A stretch of DNA of 61,447 nucleotides, filler included, from 10 parts of 10 records of this genome joined end to end with filler, not necessarily neighbours in it, one strand, 5' to 3'; counted from the whole stretch's first letter, positions 39,668 to 49,828 are shown. Notes: a model not told the origin generated them from the letters alone. Made by a program: numbers and translations.

Positions 39668-40288
39668 TCAGTACAATCTAAAAAGTGTCGGCAAAATGTC
39701 GGTGCGATGAAGCGCCTTAATGAATTCAAGGAAGCCGAGCAGCACGATAAACCAAATCACTTCGGACATGTGGCGTCTGAAAATTTTCGTTTTGACCAGA
39801 TAATTCTCCGGTTCCGTGAACCGTGCAAAATCCGGAAAAAAACGCGGTACTGAATTTTTATAGCTGACAAAATTCGAGCCGTGCATTTCCATTAGTTTCA
39901 CTTCTTCGCTCTTCATCACAACAGAATAATAAACGCCAAAGGCAAGTAAAATGAGTGCGGGAATCGTAAAGGTGTTCGTGGCAAAGCCGATTCCCATGGC
40001 ACCAATAAAGCTGAAAAAATAGAGAGGGTTCCGGCATAAGGAGTAAGGCCCCTGGTCAATCAGGTGATCCGTTTTCTTACCTGCGATATAGAGAGAACAC
40101 CACAATCGACCCAGTACGCAAACAGCAACCATCACCATGCCGACAAACGACAAAATTTCGCTGATCAGAGGCGATTTTTCGCCCAATACGCTGGAAGAAA
40201 CCACAAGAAAGACAAGAAGTACTGCGGCGAAGATGCGGGTGATTAAAATTCGCGATGATTCAAACATGTTTTCTCCAATGCAGGCCAA
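39668..40288 (-). CDS. Isoprenylcysteine carboxylmethyltransferase-family membrane protein
   Basis: GRLWCSLYIAG.K..LIDQGPYSLCRNPLYFFSF, EE..L, YKNSVPRFFP; true start may be MFESS. Confidence 0.85.
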   Translation of the reverse strand: MACIGENMFESSRILITRIFAAVLLVFLVVSSSVLGEKSPLISEILSFVGMVMVAVCVLGRLWCSLYIAGKKTDHLIDQGPYSLCRNPLYFFSFIGAMGIGFATNTFTIPALILLAFGVYYSVVMKSEEVKLMEMHGSNFVSYKNSVPRFFPDFARFTEPENYLVKTKIFRRHMSEVIWFIVLLGFLEFIKALHRTDILPTLFRLY

Positions 40289-40686
40289 TAAAGGCCGGTG
40301 AAAAAAGGTTGTGTTCTAAAGCGATCGGATTCTGCCGCGCCGTTTTCAATCGGATCAGGCTTCCAGTCGTTTGTTTTTTGTTTTTTCTGCTCACACATAC
40401 ACGATGCCGAACCCTTAGATCGAGATGTACCATTCTCGACAGCTTTACACGATACCCATCCTTTTTAAGATTTGCAACAATTCGTCCGGCTTTGGTGCCA
40501 AATTTCATGCCCGAATCTTGAACGCGTCTGCTTTCATCTGCAAGGCATGGAAGTGCGCGGCCATAATAAAACCTTGAGACGGGGCATGAATTGCTCTATC
40601 GTTGCAATATTTTCCTTCCCTTCGGGATTGACTGAATTCAACACCAACTCATTGACGATAGTTATGGACTAGGAAATCCGTTAAAA

Positions 40687-41466
40687 ATGGCTCAGTGGCA
40701 ACAGTACCGAGTTGAGCAAACTCTGTTTAAAAAAATCATGTCTCGTTCAAATAAACGATTCCGAGCCGCTCGCCGATGGATTGAAGGAAATATTGAAAAG
40801 GTCGTGCACAACGGCCCTTTCAAAGGTATGAAATATGTAGACGATGCGATTGGCAGCAGCTTTATTCCGAAAGTGATTGGCACCTATGAACTGGAGCTAA
40901 CGCCGACTATCAATCGTTTATTGGGCATTCAATTTGATACCGTTATTGATGTTGGTGCAGCGGAGGAATATTACTCCGTCGGATTCGCATTAAAACAACC
41001 ACAAGCAACCCATATCGCCTTCGAGATAGAAGAGAAAGGCCAAGCATTAATTAAAGAGATGGCGAAGCTGAATGGGCTTGAAGGTAAAATCAACGTTAAA
41101 AGCGAATGCGACACACAATCATTAAATGAAGCCATTCCCACCGACGGCAACTCTCTATTGATTATGGATGTGGAAGGTGCCGAAGAATTCCTACTTGCCC
41201 CTCAAGCCATAGCGCAATTAAGGAGCTGCCATGTTTTAGTAGAGCTGCACGATAGGATGGTAAAGGGTATAGGCGAAGTAATTCGCGACAGGTTTTGCAA
41301 CAGTCATGATATCGAGCAGATAGAATCTACCTATCGAACGAAAGATGATGTACCCGCAGATTTACCTGACCTGCCGTGGTGGATTACCAGAGGCTTGATC
41401 GGTGAAAAGCTTATCGTTGAACGCGACTGTCATATGCGTTGGTATTTGATGATCCCTAAGAAGTAA
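40687..41466 (+). CDS. SAM-dependent methyltransferase-like protein (FkbM-like)
   Basis: GPFKGMKY, GTYELEL, VIDVGAAE, IMDVEGAE, LVELHD. Confidence 0.72.
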   Translation: MAQWQQYRVEQTLFKKIMSRSNKRFRAARRWIEGNIEKVVHNGPFKGMKYVDDAIGSSFIPKVIGTYELELTPTINRLLGIQFDTVIDVGAAEEYYSVGFALKQPQATHIAFEIEEKGQALIKEMAKLNGLEGKINVKSECDTQSLNEAIPTDGNSLLIMDVEGAEEFLLAPQAIAQLRSCHVLVELHDRMVKGIGEVIRDRFCNSHDIEQIESTYRTKDDVPADLPDLPWWITRGLIGEKLIVERDCHMRWYLMIPKK

Positions 41467-41514
41467 TCCAGCAAATTTCGACAATTCCAAACACCAATCA
41501 CATCCATCTCGTCG

Positions 41515-42471
41515 TCACGGCATTAGTTGACGCCAGAACGCAAGCAAACTTTCTTTTTCGTTTGATGGATTATAACGATTGACAATCTGTTGGGCTGCAC
41601 TTGCACGCAAAGCATCGAAATGCGTTGCGTTTTGGGATAACTCCTCTCCCAACTCAACTACTTTTCTCACAAAACCTTGAACGTCCCCTTGTTCTATAGG
41701 AAAGCTGCATTCAGGGTTCATAAATTCTTTACCGCCCTGACCATGATATCCAACCACTAAACAACCACACGCCATGGCTTCGGCTGGTGGCAACCCAAAA
41801 CCTTCACAACGACTAGTTGAAAGGTAAATCAATGATTCGCGCATTATTTTTGCGACTTCATGCAACGGCACTTGGTGAATATGGACGAAGGAAAATTTTG
41901 CCAATGCGGGATGGTGACGAGCCAACGCTACGACTTGGTGAATATCCTCGGGACATTTACGGCTCATATACGCTATTTGCAGCTTCTTCTGGCCGGTATC
42001 GTTGAAAAGTGTTTCATCAATGGATAAATACACGCGACCAATCGTAAGCGTCTCATCCAACAGTTGTAAATAATTTGCACAATCCTCAGAGACAACCAGC
42101 GTCCTTTCCGCGTTTTGATAAAACCCTTTCACTGTCTCAATTGAATTGGATTCCCCGAATGTGTAATAGCAGTTTTGATTAAATACAACATAACGATCGT
42201 GCTTGAAACGACTGACTTTATCAAGCTCCATCTCAGGAATCACTAAGATGTCGTCTTCATCCAGTGGTGTGCTGTCGTAGCGATAAAAATAACGAATATC
42301 AACATCGGCGGAATACCAAGGATAAACGTATTTCTTTTTTAGGTAATTTGCCCGATGCAGCACTTCCGCTGGGATCCCCGCCTTATTCAATATTTCAACA
42401 TGACGATAAATAACCTGAACACCGCCTGCCGGAAAATCAGGGGTGGGGGCAAAATAGTAAATGGTGGCCAT
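41515..42471 (-). CDS. Glycosyltransferase family 4 (GT-B)
   Basis: GGVQVIYRHVEILN, EGFGLPPAEAMACGCLVVGY. Confidence 0.85.
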   Translation of the reverse strand: MATIYYFAPTPDFPAGGVQVIYRHVEILNKAGIPAEVLHRANYLKKKYVYPWYSADVDIRYFYRYDSTPLDEDDILVIPEMELDKVSRFKHDRYVVFNQNCYYTFGESNSIETVKGFYQNAERTLVVSEDCANYLQLLDETLTIGRVYLSIDETLFNDTGQKKLQIAYMSRKCPEDIHQVVALARHHPALAKFSFVHIHQVPLHEVAKIMRESLIYLSTSRCEGFGLPPAEAMACGCLVVGYHGQGGKEFMNPECSFPIEQGDVQGFVRKVVELGEELSQNATHFDALRASAAQQIVNRYNPSNEKESLLAFWRQLMP

Positions 42472-42635
42472 AGATAACTACTTTATTGAGTTCAATTTAT
42501 TGGCATAACAAACACATCCGCTTCAACAGGTTGCGTCCTTTCGATCAAACGGACCTCGTCACTGAGAAGAAATCTTTACGTCCACAGAAAGGGATCAAAC
42601 GCATGTATGTGAAAAGGATCGGTACGTACAGGTCG

Positions 42636-43569
42636 TCAGCCCTCCTGAACACGGTCAAGGATTCTAAGCAGTTTGTCAAAATAGGCGATGGTGGCGGTCA
42701 ACCCTTTTTCCAATCCAACTGTCGGTTGCCACTGCAATTTTTTTTCGGCAAGGCTGATATCCGGTTTGCGCTGTTTGGGGTCGTCCTGTGGAAGCTTTTC
42801 AAAACGTATTTCAGATTTTGTTCCTGTCAGTTCGATTATTTTTTCAGCTAGTTCCAGAACCGTAAACTCCACAGGGTTACCCAGGTTGACGGGACCGGTC
42901 AATTCATCCGGTGAATCCATAAGCCTGATCAACCCATCCACGAGGTCGTCCACAAAACAGAAAGAACGGGTTTGTTGGCCATCACCATAGATTGTAATCG
43001 GCCGACCCGATAACGCCTGAACAATAAAATTGGAGACCACACGTCCATCATTGGGATGCATACGCGGGCCATAGGTATTGAAAATCCTGGCTATTTTTAT
43101 CTTCAACTGGTGCTGTCTGTGATAATCGAAAAAGAGTGTCTCTGCGCATCGCTTGCCTTCATCATAACAGGATCGCGGCCCTATGGGGTTTACGCGCCCC
43201 CAATACCGTTCAGGCTGTGGATGGATTTCGGGGTCACCATAGACTTCACTTGTGGACGCCTGAAGAATTTTCGCCTGCACTCGCTTTGCCAACCCAAGCA
43301 TATTAATGGCACCGTGAACACTGGTCTTTGTGGTCTGAACCGGGTCAAACTGGTAATGAATCGGAGAAGCCGGGCAAGCCAAATTGTAGATTTCATCTGC
43401 TTCAAGATAAAGTGGAAAGGTGATATCATGTCGGATATATTCAAAAAATGGATTTTCCAGCAGCCCGTAAACATTTTGCTTTGTCCCGGTAAAACAATTG
43501 TCCACACACAACACTTCATCGCCCCGTTCAATCAGGCGTTCGCATAGGTGCGATCCCAAAAAGCCGCAC
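42636..43569 (-). CDS. UDP-glucuronate decarboxylase family (UXS-like), 5'-truncated
   Basis: [53 protein letters not shown]. Confidence 0.93.
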
Positions 43570-43669
43570 NNNNNNNNNNNNNNNNNNNNNNNNNNNNNNN
43601 NNNNNNNNNNNNNTTAATTAATTAANNNNNNNNNNNNNNNNNNNNNNNNNNNNNNNNNNNNNNNNNNNN
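43570..43669. other. Artificial contig linker 7
   Basis: N-run + TTAATTAATTAA + N-run. Confidence 0.99.
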
Positions 43670-43936
43670 CAGATGGTCCGGGGCGTCACCGTTGAGATAG
43701 AGGGGCTCCTTATAATAGTTGTAGAACCCAAGGCTGTGGACATCTTCGGGGATATTGCTTTCCAGATCGCCTTCATTCACATAGATCTGATAAAAACGGT
43801 TAAGCATTTTTTCATTTTCATGGAGAAAGCGAACCATTTTCTCTTCGACCTGGCTCCATGCGACAATGCCCGTCATCAGCGCCATCAGAAGAAAGAGTAT
43901 GGTAAGGATCAGCAGAAGGAATCTTTTCTCATTCAT
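43670..43936 (-). CDS. Membrane-anchored protein N-terminus, possibly a sensor kinase (truncated)
   Basis: MNEKRFLLLILTILFLLMALMTGIVAW TM segment followed by a soluble stretch; catalytic domains are not visible. Confidence 0.5.
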
Positions 43937-43985
43937 AATAAAAAGAGTATAACCGGAAGCCCCGGCGGCATCAAACCGGACTCCT

Positions 43986-44870
43986 TCAGTCCATCGGAAC
44001 ATCGGTCAGGACGATGCAGCTCTCGGCCAGCCCCCGCAGCGCCTCCCCATCCTTCAGAGGATTGCCCATCAGGTTCAGGTACCTCAGTCCCTCCAGCCCC
44101 GCCAGCTCCCCCGCCTCTTCGATCTCATTGAAGGAGAGATCCAGGGTGGTCAGGCCGCTCAGATCCTTCAAAGCGGATACATCATGGATGCGGTTATGGG
44201 CCAGGTAGAGGACCGTGACCAGGGTCAGCTCCTCCAGTCCGGCCAGCGAATCGATGTTGTTCTCTTCCAGGTTGAGTCCTGTGAGATTCCGGCAGTGCTC
44301 GATCCCTCTCAGATCACCGATCTCCTCTCCCGGCAGCTCCAGCATGCCCTCCAGACAGTGAAGATCCTTGGGCAGGAACTCTGAAAAGAGATTCCCGTAC
44401 ATCAGATTCCTCACCGCCTCGATAAACCCGTACTCCTCGGTCTCATGCTCCCCGAGCGAAAGCCCTTCCAGGAAATCGTCCTCCTCCAGACCGGCGGCCG
44501 CGTAGAAATCCTCGAATCCCGCCGCGTATTCCGCTTCGAAGGGCTCCGCTTCAGCCACGGCCGATGGTCCGGGAGCGGGCCTATCCCTAGAGAACCGGGC
44601 GAGGGCCTCCAGGGAGGCGGCGTCGCCCTTCTCCGCAAGCGTCCGGATTCCCGCATGAAAGCGGGCCATCCTGTCGGGATGGAAAAGGAAGATCAGTTTC
44701 TTGAAAAGAGCCCCGGGACGGCCCTCTCCCCGGCTCATCCCCAGCCGTTCCGCAAAGTCGGACAGACAGGGCGCATCCTTCCGCTTGTACGCGTCGATAA
44801 TGCTGGCGCTTATTTTTTTCAGTTTCTCCCGGTCATAGATTCGGATCAGGTCCTCGGGTTTCATTAACAT
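43986..44870 (-). CDS. Leucine-rich-repeat protein with an N-terminal HPD-containing helical segment
   Basis: FKKLIFLFHPDR; internalin-type LRRs LTGLNLEENNI, VTVLYLAHNRI, LTTLDLSFNEI, LRYLNLMGNPL. Confidence 0.8.
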   Translation of the reverse strand: MLMKPEDLIRIYDREKLKKISASIIDAYKRKDAPCLSDFAERLGMSRGEGRPGALFKKLIFLFHPDRMARFHAGIRTLAEKGDAASLEALARFSRDRPAPGPSAVAEAEPFEAEYAAGFEDFYAAAGLEEDDFLEGLSLGEHETEEYGFIEAVRNLMYGNLFSEFLPKDLHCLEGMLELPGEEIGDLRGIEHCRNLTGLNLEENNIDSLAGLEELTLVTVLYLAHNRIHDVSALKDLSGLTTLDLSFNEIEEAGELAGLEGLRYLNLMGNPLKDGEALRGLAESCIVLTDVPMD

Positions 44871-44913
44871 AGAGACTCCTTGAAGGGATAATAAGGGGCT
44901 CTGCCTGATAAGC

Positions 44914-44943
44914 TTGACAGCGGGAAACCGGATCGGGTATAAT
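44914..44943 (+). promoter_or_regulatory. Consensus sigma-70-like promoter with no plus-strand gene downstream
   Basis: TTGACA-N18-TATAAT. Confidence 0.5.
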
Positions 44944-45009
44944 TATGACACCAACCAGTTATTTCCTTTCTCTGAATACATTTAGCCATACAAACAAAAC
45001 CAATTCCTC

Positions 45010-45038
45010 AGGATATGCCCCTTCAGGGAGTCTGTCAA
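45010..45038 (-). promoter_or_regulatory. Putative sigma-70 promoter for the LRR gene
   Basis: Minus strand TTGACA-N17-TATCCT. Confidence 0.55.
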
Positions 45039-45045
45039 GCTCAGC

Positions 45046-47076
45046 CTAATCCAGCTCCAGGGAAGCGATATAGTCCTGCAGTTCCTTCCGGACCTTCCGC
45101 AGATCCGACTCCTTCCGGTCAAGGTCATCGTAGAGGCCCTGGATCTCGCTCTCCTGCTGATCCAGCTGCCGGGCATAGCGCTTGTAGAGATCCGAATCCC
45201 TGTCCAGCACGCCCATATTGTCCCGGACCCTGTCCTGATCGTTCTCTAGGCGATCCAGCTTGCGCTCCAGCTCCTGCTGTTCGTCCTGGACACGGGCGAT
45301 CTTCCGCCTCAGATCGGCCATATCGGCAAAGGCCCTCTTCATGGAGGAAGACAGATCCCCCTGTTCCAGATACCATTCGCAGTCGGAGAGGCTCATGTTC
45401 AGCAGCCCGTACTCCCGGGAGATGATGTACTCCTCCCCGACCGATACGGGCTCGTCGTCCCACTCCCTGAGGATAAACCGATAGCTGTCGTCTGTCTGTT
45501 CCTCCAGCTCAGGAGAGTCTGTCAGGCTCCAGCCCGGCTCCCTGGGATGGATAAGGATCAGCTCATCCCCGCCGCCCTTCCCGCTGATGCCGTAAGCGGT
45601 CAGCCTCTTCATCTTGTCCTCCCGGAAGAGGACCCCTCCGCTGATCCTCAGGGAGTGGAGTCTCTGGGGAAGGGGATCGATCCTTTTGAGGACCTCCAGC
45701 TCACCGTGGACGGCGTAGACCAGGAAGCGGCTGCTGCCGGGGATCATGTCGGGCAGAATCGCATCGCCGCCGTATCCCCTCCCCTCGGTCACCGAAACGG
45801 GACCCGCCGGCCAGTGGGCTTCGCCCCCGTTCTCCATGCGCAGGGCCTTGAATACCCTGTTCCCCTGTCCGGGATCGAAGATGGCCAGGGTCTCCCCCGC
45901 CCCCTCTTCCACAAGGATAGGGACCATGGCGGAGGAACGGGCTCCCACGGTGACGGGAGAGTCCAGGACATAGCGATAGGAATTCCCCCTCCGTTCTCCC
46001 GCCGCCCTGGGAACGGGGGCTTCAGGAACATACCCCGCCGATTCGTCGTCATACCAGGCTTCGGCAGCCATCTCCTCCTCATAGTACAGATCCTCGGCGT
46101 ACTGGGCGCGCTTGGACGACATCATCTCGGACAGGGGTGCCGACGAGGGGGGCGCCATGCCCGCATCGTACTCCACCGCACCCACAGGCGCGGAGCTGGG
46201 CGGGGCGATCTCTTCCCTGTAAACGTATAAAGGCGAGGCCAGGTCCATGGAAAAGGCGTTGGGGCTGCCGGCGACGAAGCTCATTCTGACCTTTTCCCAG
46301 GGATGGGATCCCGTATTCTGGACAAGGGCCCAGCCCTCCAGCCTTCCCCGGCCTTCCTCGTCTACCACGATGCGGTAGCTGCTCTTCCAGAGAGGGACGG
46401 GACGGAGGTAGCTGAGGCGCACGGTTCTCTTCCCCGCCCCTTTGAGGTGGATACGGATGAGCCGGGAGGCCTTGATCCGGGAGCGGGAGATCTCCTCCAG
46501 GGCCTTGAGCAGTTCCCCCTGGAGCAGGGAATCCGTAAAGCGGAGTGAGCGGAGGTTCCCCGCATCCACCTTCCTGATGCCCTCGGTATCCATAAGATTC
46601 AGGGCGGGCCTCACATAGCCCTGATCGTCGGTCCACTGGTCCAGAGAGAAAACACGGCCCGTGAACTCTCCCTCGGGAGTGGCCACCGTCACCTCCTCTC
46701 CCTGCGTGCGCTTCAGGAACTCGAAAAGAGGAGGAGAGCCCGAGGGATTCACCCTGAGATCGGCCAGAACGGCGGAAAGGGGATCATCGCTGCTGAAATT
46801 GAGGGACTCCACCGTGCCGCCGTCCAGATCCTCCACCCGGAAAGAGCGGAGCAGATCGTTCAGATCCTGGTGTTCGATGGGAAAGTCCAGGACGGCGTCA
46901 CCGCTTACTTCGGTCTCGTGCACGATCCGGGCCAGGCCGGCGCTGTAGAGGGTCACCTCCCGGACCGGCAGCTCCTCAGGGGGAGCGGGGATGCGTTCGC
47001 TTGTCCCTTCTCCGGCGCTGAGGACCGGGAAGCCGACTATCAGTAATAGGACGAAAGCTGTTGAAAAACGATTCAT
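45046..47076 (-). CDS. DUF4139/DUF4140-family exported protein
   Basis: Signal peptide, VREVTLYSAGLA, LNDLLRS, SYLRPVPLWKSSYR, GWALVQNT..W..V, C-terminal coiled coil. Confidence 0.8.
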   Translation of the reverse strand: MNRFSTAFVLLLIVGFPVLSAGEGTSERIPAPPEELPVREVTLYSAGLARIVHETEVSGDAVLDFPIEHQDLNDLLRSFRVEDLDGGTVESLNFSSDDPLSAVLADLRVNPSGSPPLFEFLKRTQGEEVTVATPEGEFTGRVFSLDQWTDDQGYVRPALNLMDTEGIRKVDAGNLRSLRFTDSLLQGELLKALEEISRSRIKASRLIRIHLKGAGKRTVRLSYLRPVPLWKSSYRIVVDEEGRGRLEGWALVQNTGSHPWEKVRMSFVAGSPNAFSMDLASPLYVYREEIAPPSSAPVGAVEYDAGMAPPSSAPLSEMMSSKRAQYAEDLYYEEEMAAEAWYDDESAGYVPEAPVPRAAGERRGNSYRYVLDSPVTVGARSSAMVPILVEEGAGETLAIFDPGQGNRVFKALRMENGGEAHWPAGPVSVTEGRGYGGDAILPDMIPGSSRFLVYAVHGELEVLKRIDPLPQRLHSLRISGGVLFREDKMKRLTAYGISGKGGGDELILIHPREPGWSLTDSPELEEQTDDSYRFILREWDDEPVSVGEEYIISREYGLLNMSLSDCEWYLEQGDLSSSMKRAFADMADLRRKIARVQDEQQELERKLDRLENDQDRVRDNMGVLDRDSDLYKRYARQLDQQESEIQGLYDDLDRKESDLRKVRKELQDYIASLELD

Positions 47077-47214
47077 ACCTTCATCATTAAGCCAAATCGC
47101 CGGGAAATCCAGTTTTTTCTTACATCAGAGACGACAATACCCCATCCCCCTATATCCACAACAACGGGGAAACCTGCTAGAATGGAAGCAGAACAAAAAA
47201 ATGAGGTATTACAG

Positions 47215-47925
47215 ATGGAAAGATTAATGGGGAAGACAGCCGTCATTACCGGAGCCAGCAGCGGGATAGGAAAGGCCGTTGCCAACGCCCTGATGGAGTA
47301 CGGCATCAACACCGTGGTCAACGGAAGAAGCGGAGCCTCCGTCTTCAGCGATTGCGAGAAGATACTGGTCAACACGGAAGATCTGCTTGAGAAAGAGACC
47401 CCCGGCCATCTGCTGGATGCCGCCCTGGAGCGCTACGGAAGCTGTGAACTCCTCTTCGTCAATGCGGGTATGCTGGAGAGCGGAACCATCGAGGAGATAG
47501 ACATCGACAGGGTCTGCGAGATGGCCCGTCTGAAGGTAGAGTCCTCCTTCAGGCTGATCTACACCTTCGCCCGCCACTTCAAAAAGAAGAACAAAGGCCA
47601 TATTTTCATTACCTCCAGCATCCTGGGGACGAAGGTCCGGGAGGGCGTGGGGGCCTACGCGGGCTGCAACTACGCTCTGGAAGCCCTGGCCGAGGATCTG
47701 CGCATGCAGCTGAGCGATACGGACGTCAAGCTCACCGTCCTGGAACCGGGACTCGTGGAAACGAGGCTCCACCGCAACTGGCCTAAGGCCCCCAAGGAGA
47801 TACTGGGAATCGAAACGCCCCTGGCGCCGGAAGACATCGCCGAGTCGGTCATCGAGATCCTGGCCAAGCCGGATTACGTTCGGATCCCCCGATACATGAT
47901 CCTCCCCAAGGGGCACAGGCTTTAG
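47215..47925 (+). CDS. Short-chain dehydrogenase/reductase
   Basis: ITGASSGIG, VNAG, TSS, PGLVET. The catalytic motif reads YAGCN rather than YxxxK. Confidence 0.85.
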   Translation: MERLMGKTAVITGASSGIGKAVANALMEYGINTVVNGRSGASVFSDCEKILVNTEDLLEKETPGHLLDAALERYGSCELLFVNAGMLESGTIEEIDIDRVCEMARLKVESSFRLIYTFARHFKKKNKGHIFITSSILGTKVREGVGAYAGCNYALEALAEDLRMQLSDTDVKLTVLEPGLVETRLHRNWPKAPKEILGIETPLAPEDIAESVIEILAKPDYVRIPRYMILPKGHRL

Positions 47926-47929
47926 GATT

Positions 47930-48832
47930 ATGTCCGGAAAACTCAAGGGAACTCTCTACGTACTGGTATGCATCGCCCTCTGGGCCCTGATACCGGTGGT
48001 GTCCAAGACCGGCCAGACCCGGTTGGACAACCATCAGTTTCTGTTCTGGTCCAGCCTGATATCCTTCCTGGTTCTACTGGCCACGGCGGGGCTGAAGGGG
48101 AAATTCGCTGAGTTCGGGAAGATCCGGGTATCCGGATACCTGCGCATCTTTACCCTGGGCCTTCTGGGAACCTATGTCTACTACCTCTTCCTCTACCTGG
48201 GATACGCCGAGGCGGCGGGGCTTGAGGTCCTGGTGGTACAGTACACATGGCCCCTTCTGATCGTCATCCTCTCCCTGTTCGTCCTGCGGGAGCGGCTGAA
48301 CGCCAGAAAGGTCCTGTCCGTGATTCTCGGTTTTTCGGGCGTCCTTCTGGTCATAACCAGGGGCGATTTTTCAGGGCTCCACGTGACCAATCCCCGGGTG
48401 ATCCTGCTGGTACTGGCCGGGGCCTTCTGTTTCGCCCTCTTCTCGGTGCTGAGCAAGAACGTCGGGCATGACGCCCTGGCGGTGAACAGCCTCTACTTTC
48501 TGGCCGCCCTGGCCGCGTCCTTCGTCTCCATGATGGCGCTCTCGGGCTTCGCCCTTCCCGCAAGGGGGGAGATCCTCCCCGTCCTGCTGAACGGCATACT
48601 GGTCAACGGCTTCTCCTACCTCTTCTGGGTTGTCGCCCTCCAGTCTGCCGAGGCATCCTATCTGGCGCCCTTTACCTTTATCACCCCCGCCCTCTCGGCC
48701 CTCTATCTGATCCTCTTCTTCAACGAACCGGCCCACTGGAGCACCATCGCGGGACTGGCGGCGGTGATTGCCGGAGGCCTGATCAACAGTATCAGATTCG
48801 GTGGAATCAGACGCCTTTCCAGAGTCCGCTGA
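47930..48832 (+). CDS. EamA/DMT family transporter
   Basis: About ten TM helices; QYTWPLLIVILS..LRERL; F.F.TP.LS...F.E. Confidence 0.88.
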   Translation: MSGKLKGTLYVLVCIALWALIPVVSKTGQTRLDNHQFLFWSSLISFLVLLATAGLKGKFAEFGKIRVSGYLRIFTLGLLGTYVYYLFLYLGYAEAAGLEVLVVQYTWPLLIVILSLFVLRERLNARKVLSVILGFSGVLLVITRGDFSGLHVTNPRVILLVLAGAFCFALFSVLSKNVGHDALAVNSLYFLAALAASFVSMMALSGFALPARGEILPVLLNGILVNGFSYLFWVVALQSAEASYLAPFTFITPALSALYLILFFNEPAHWSTIAGLAAVIAGGLINSIRFGGIRRLSRVR

Positions 48833-48880
48833 CAGAACTGTCTGACGGATCTCCCAGGAAAACAGAGGGTTCTCTCCTTG

Positions 48881-49759
48881 TCAGGCGGCTGCCTTGGCCG
48901 TCCTTCTGCCCGCCAGGGTCTTGGCGACAAGGCCCAGCAGCATCAGGCCGGCGCCCGCCGCGCGGGCCCCTGAAAAGACTCCGAAAACGTAGGCGTCTAT
49001 CACAAGACCGGCCCCGGCCTGCCCCAGGAAAAAAAGGATGGTGCTGTAGACCGCCGGAATCCTGGGGATGACCAGATTCATACCGAATACGATCAGAACG
49101 CCCAGGGCTCCGCCGCCGAAAAGATAGAGGGGCGCCACCGAAGGGAGAACTGAAAGGTCTCCCCGTTGCTGCGGGAGAATCAGAAGGAGCAGCATGGCAG
49201 CCCCGGAAGCGGAGAGGAAGTGGTAGCGGGTTCCCCTCATCAACCCTATCCGCCTCGAAAGCTGGGCGTTTATCACCGACTGGACCATCACGATGCCTCC
49301 CGCCGCCAGAGAGAGGACGATATAGGGAAGATTTCCTCCCTCCCCCTCAGTCATAAGCGCGGCGCCGATGATGATCAGGATCCATCCCGGCAGCTTGCTC
49401 TTCATAAAAGGGTGCTTCTCCATTCCCAGAAAACCGGTTGAATCCACAATCTGGGCTGTCAGGGTCTGTCCCAGAATCCCGAGCGCGAGGGTCAGAGAGG
49501 CCCCCTGGTTCAGAAAACAGATATTGTTCAGCATGACGATGGAAACGCCCAGGATTCCCCCCAGTCGCAGATACAGAGGGACGGCCTCTGCCGTCTTCTT
49601 CGGACGGACCGCAAACAGAAGGGTCTGAACGATGATAAAGGCGGTCCCGTGGATAACCAGTACGGAGAGGAGGTTCCCCGCTGCCTCGGCCAGGTGGGAA
49701 TTGAGGGTTATCATAATGGTGATCAGAACACCGACGATGACAGATAATGCTGGGTACAT
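48881..49759 (-). CDS. DMT family transporter with two YdcZ-like repeats
   Basis: Two repeats of N..L...G, GG.LG, GQ...IVD..G. Confidence 0.8.
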   Translation of the reverse strand: MYPALSVIVGVLITIMITLNSHLAEAAGNLLSVLVIHGTAFIIVQTLLFAVRPKKTAEAVPLYLRLGGILGVSIVMLNNICFLNQGASLTLALGILGQTLTAQIVDSTGFLGMEKHPFMKSKLPGWILIIIGAALMTEGEGGNLPYIVLSLAAGGIVMVQSVINAQLSRRIGLMRGTRYHFLSASGAAMLLLLILPQQRGDLSVLPSVAPLYLFGGGALGVLIVFGMNLVIPRIPAVYSTILFFLGQAGAGLVIDAYVFGVFSGARAAGAGLMLLGLVAKTLAGRRTAKAAA

Positions 49760-49828
49760 TTTTAATCCTTATGTCCTACCAGAGCTCCGCCGGAGCTCTG
49801 GTGATTTATTCTCATAGGGCCGAAGGGC

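Noticed and set aside
40260-40508. 82-aa basic ORF upstream of the ICMT-like gene
   Set aside because: No recognisable motif or RBS; it cannot be supported as a gene.
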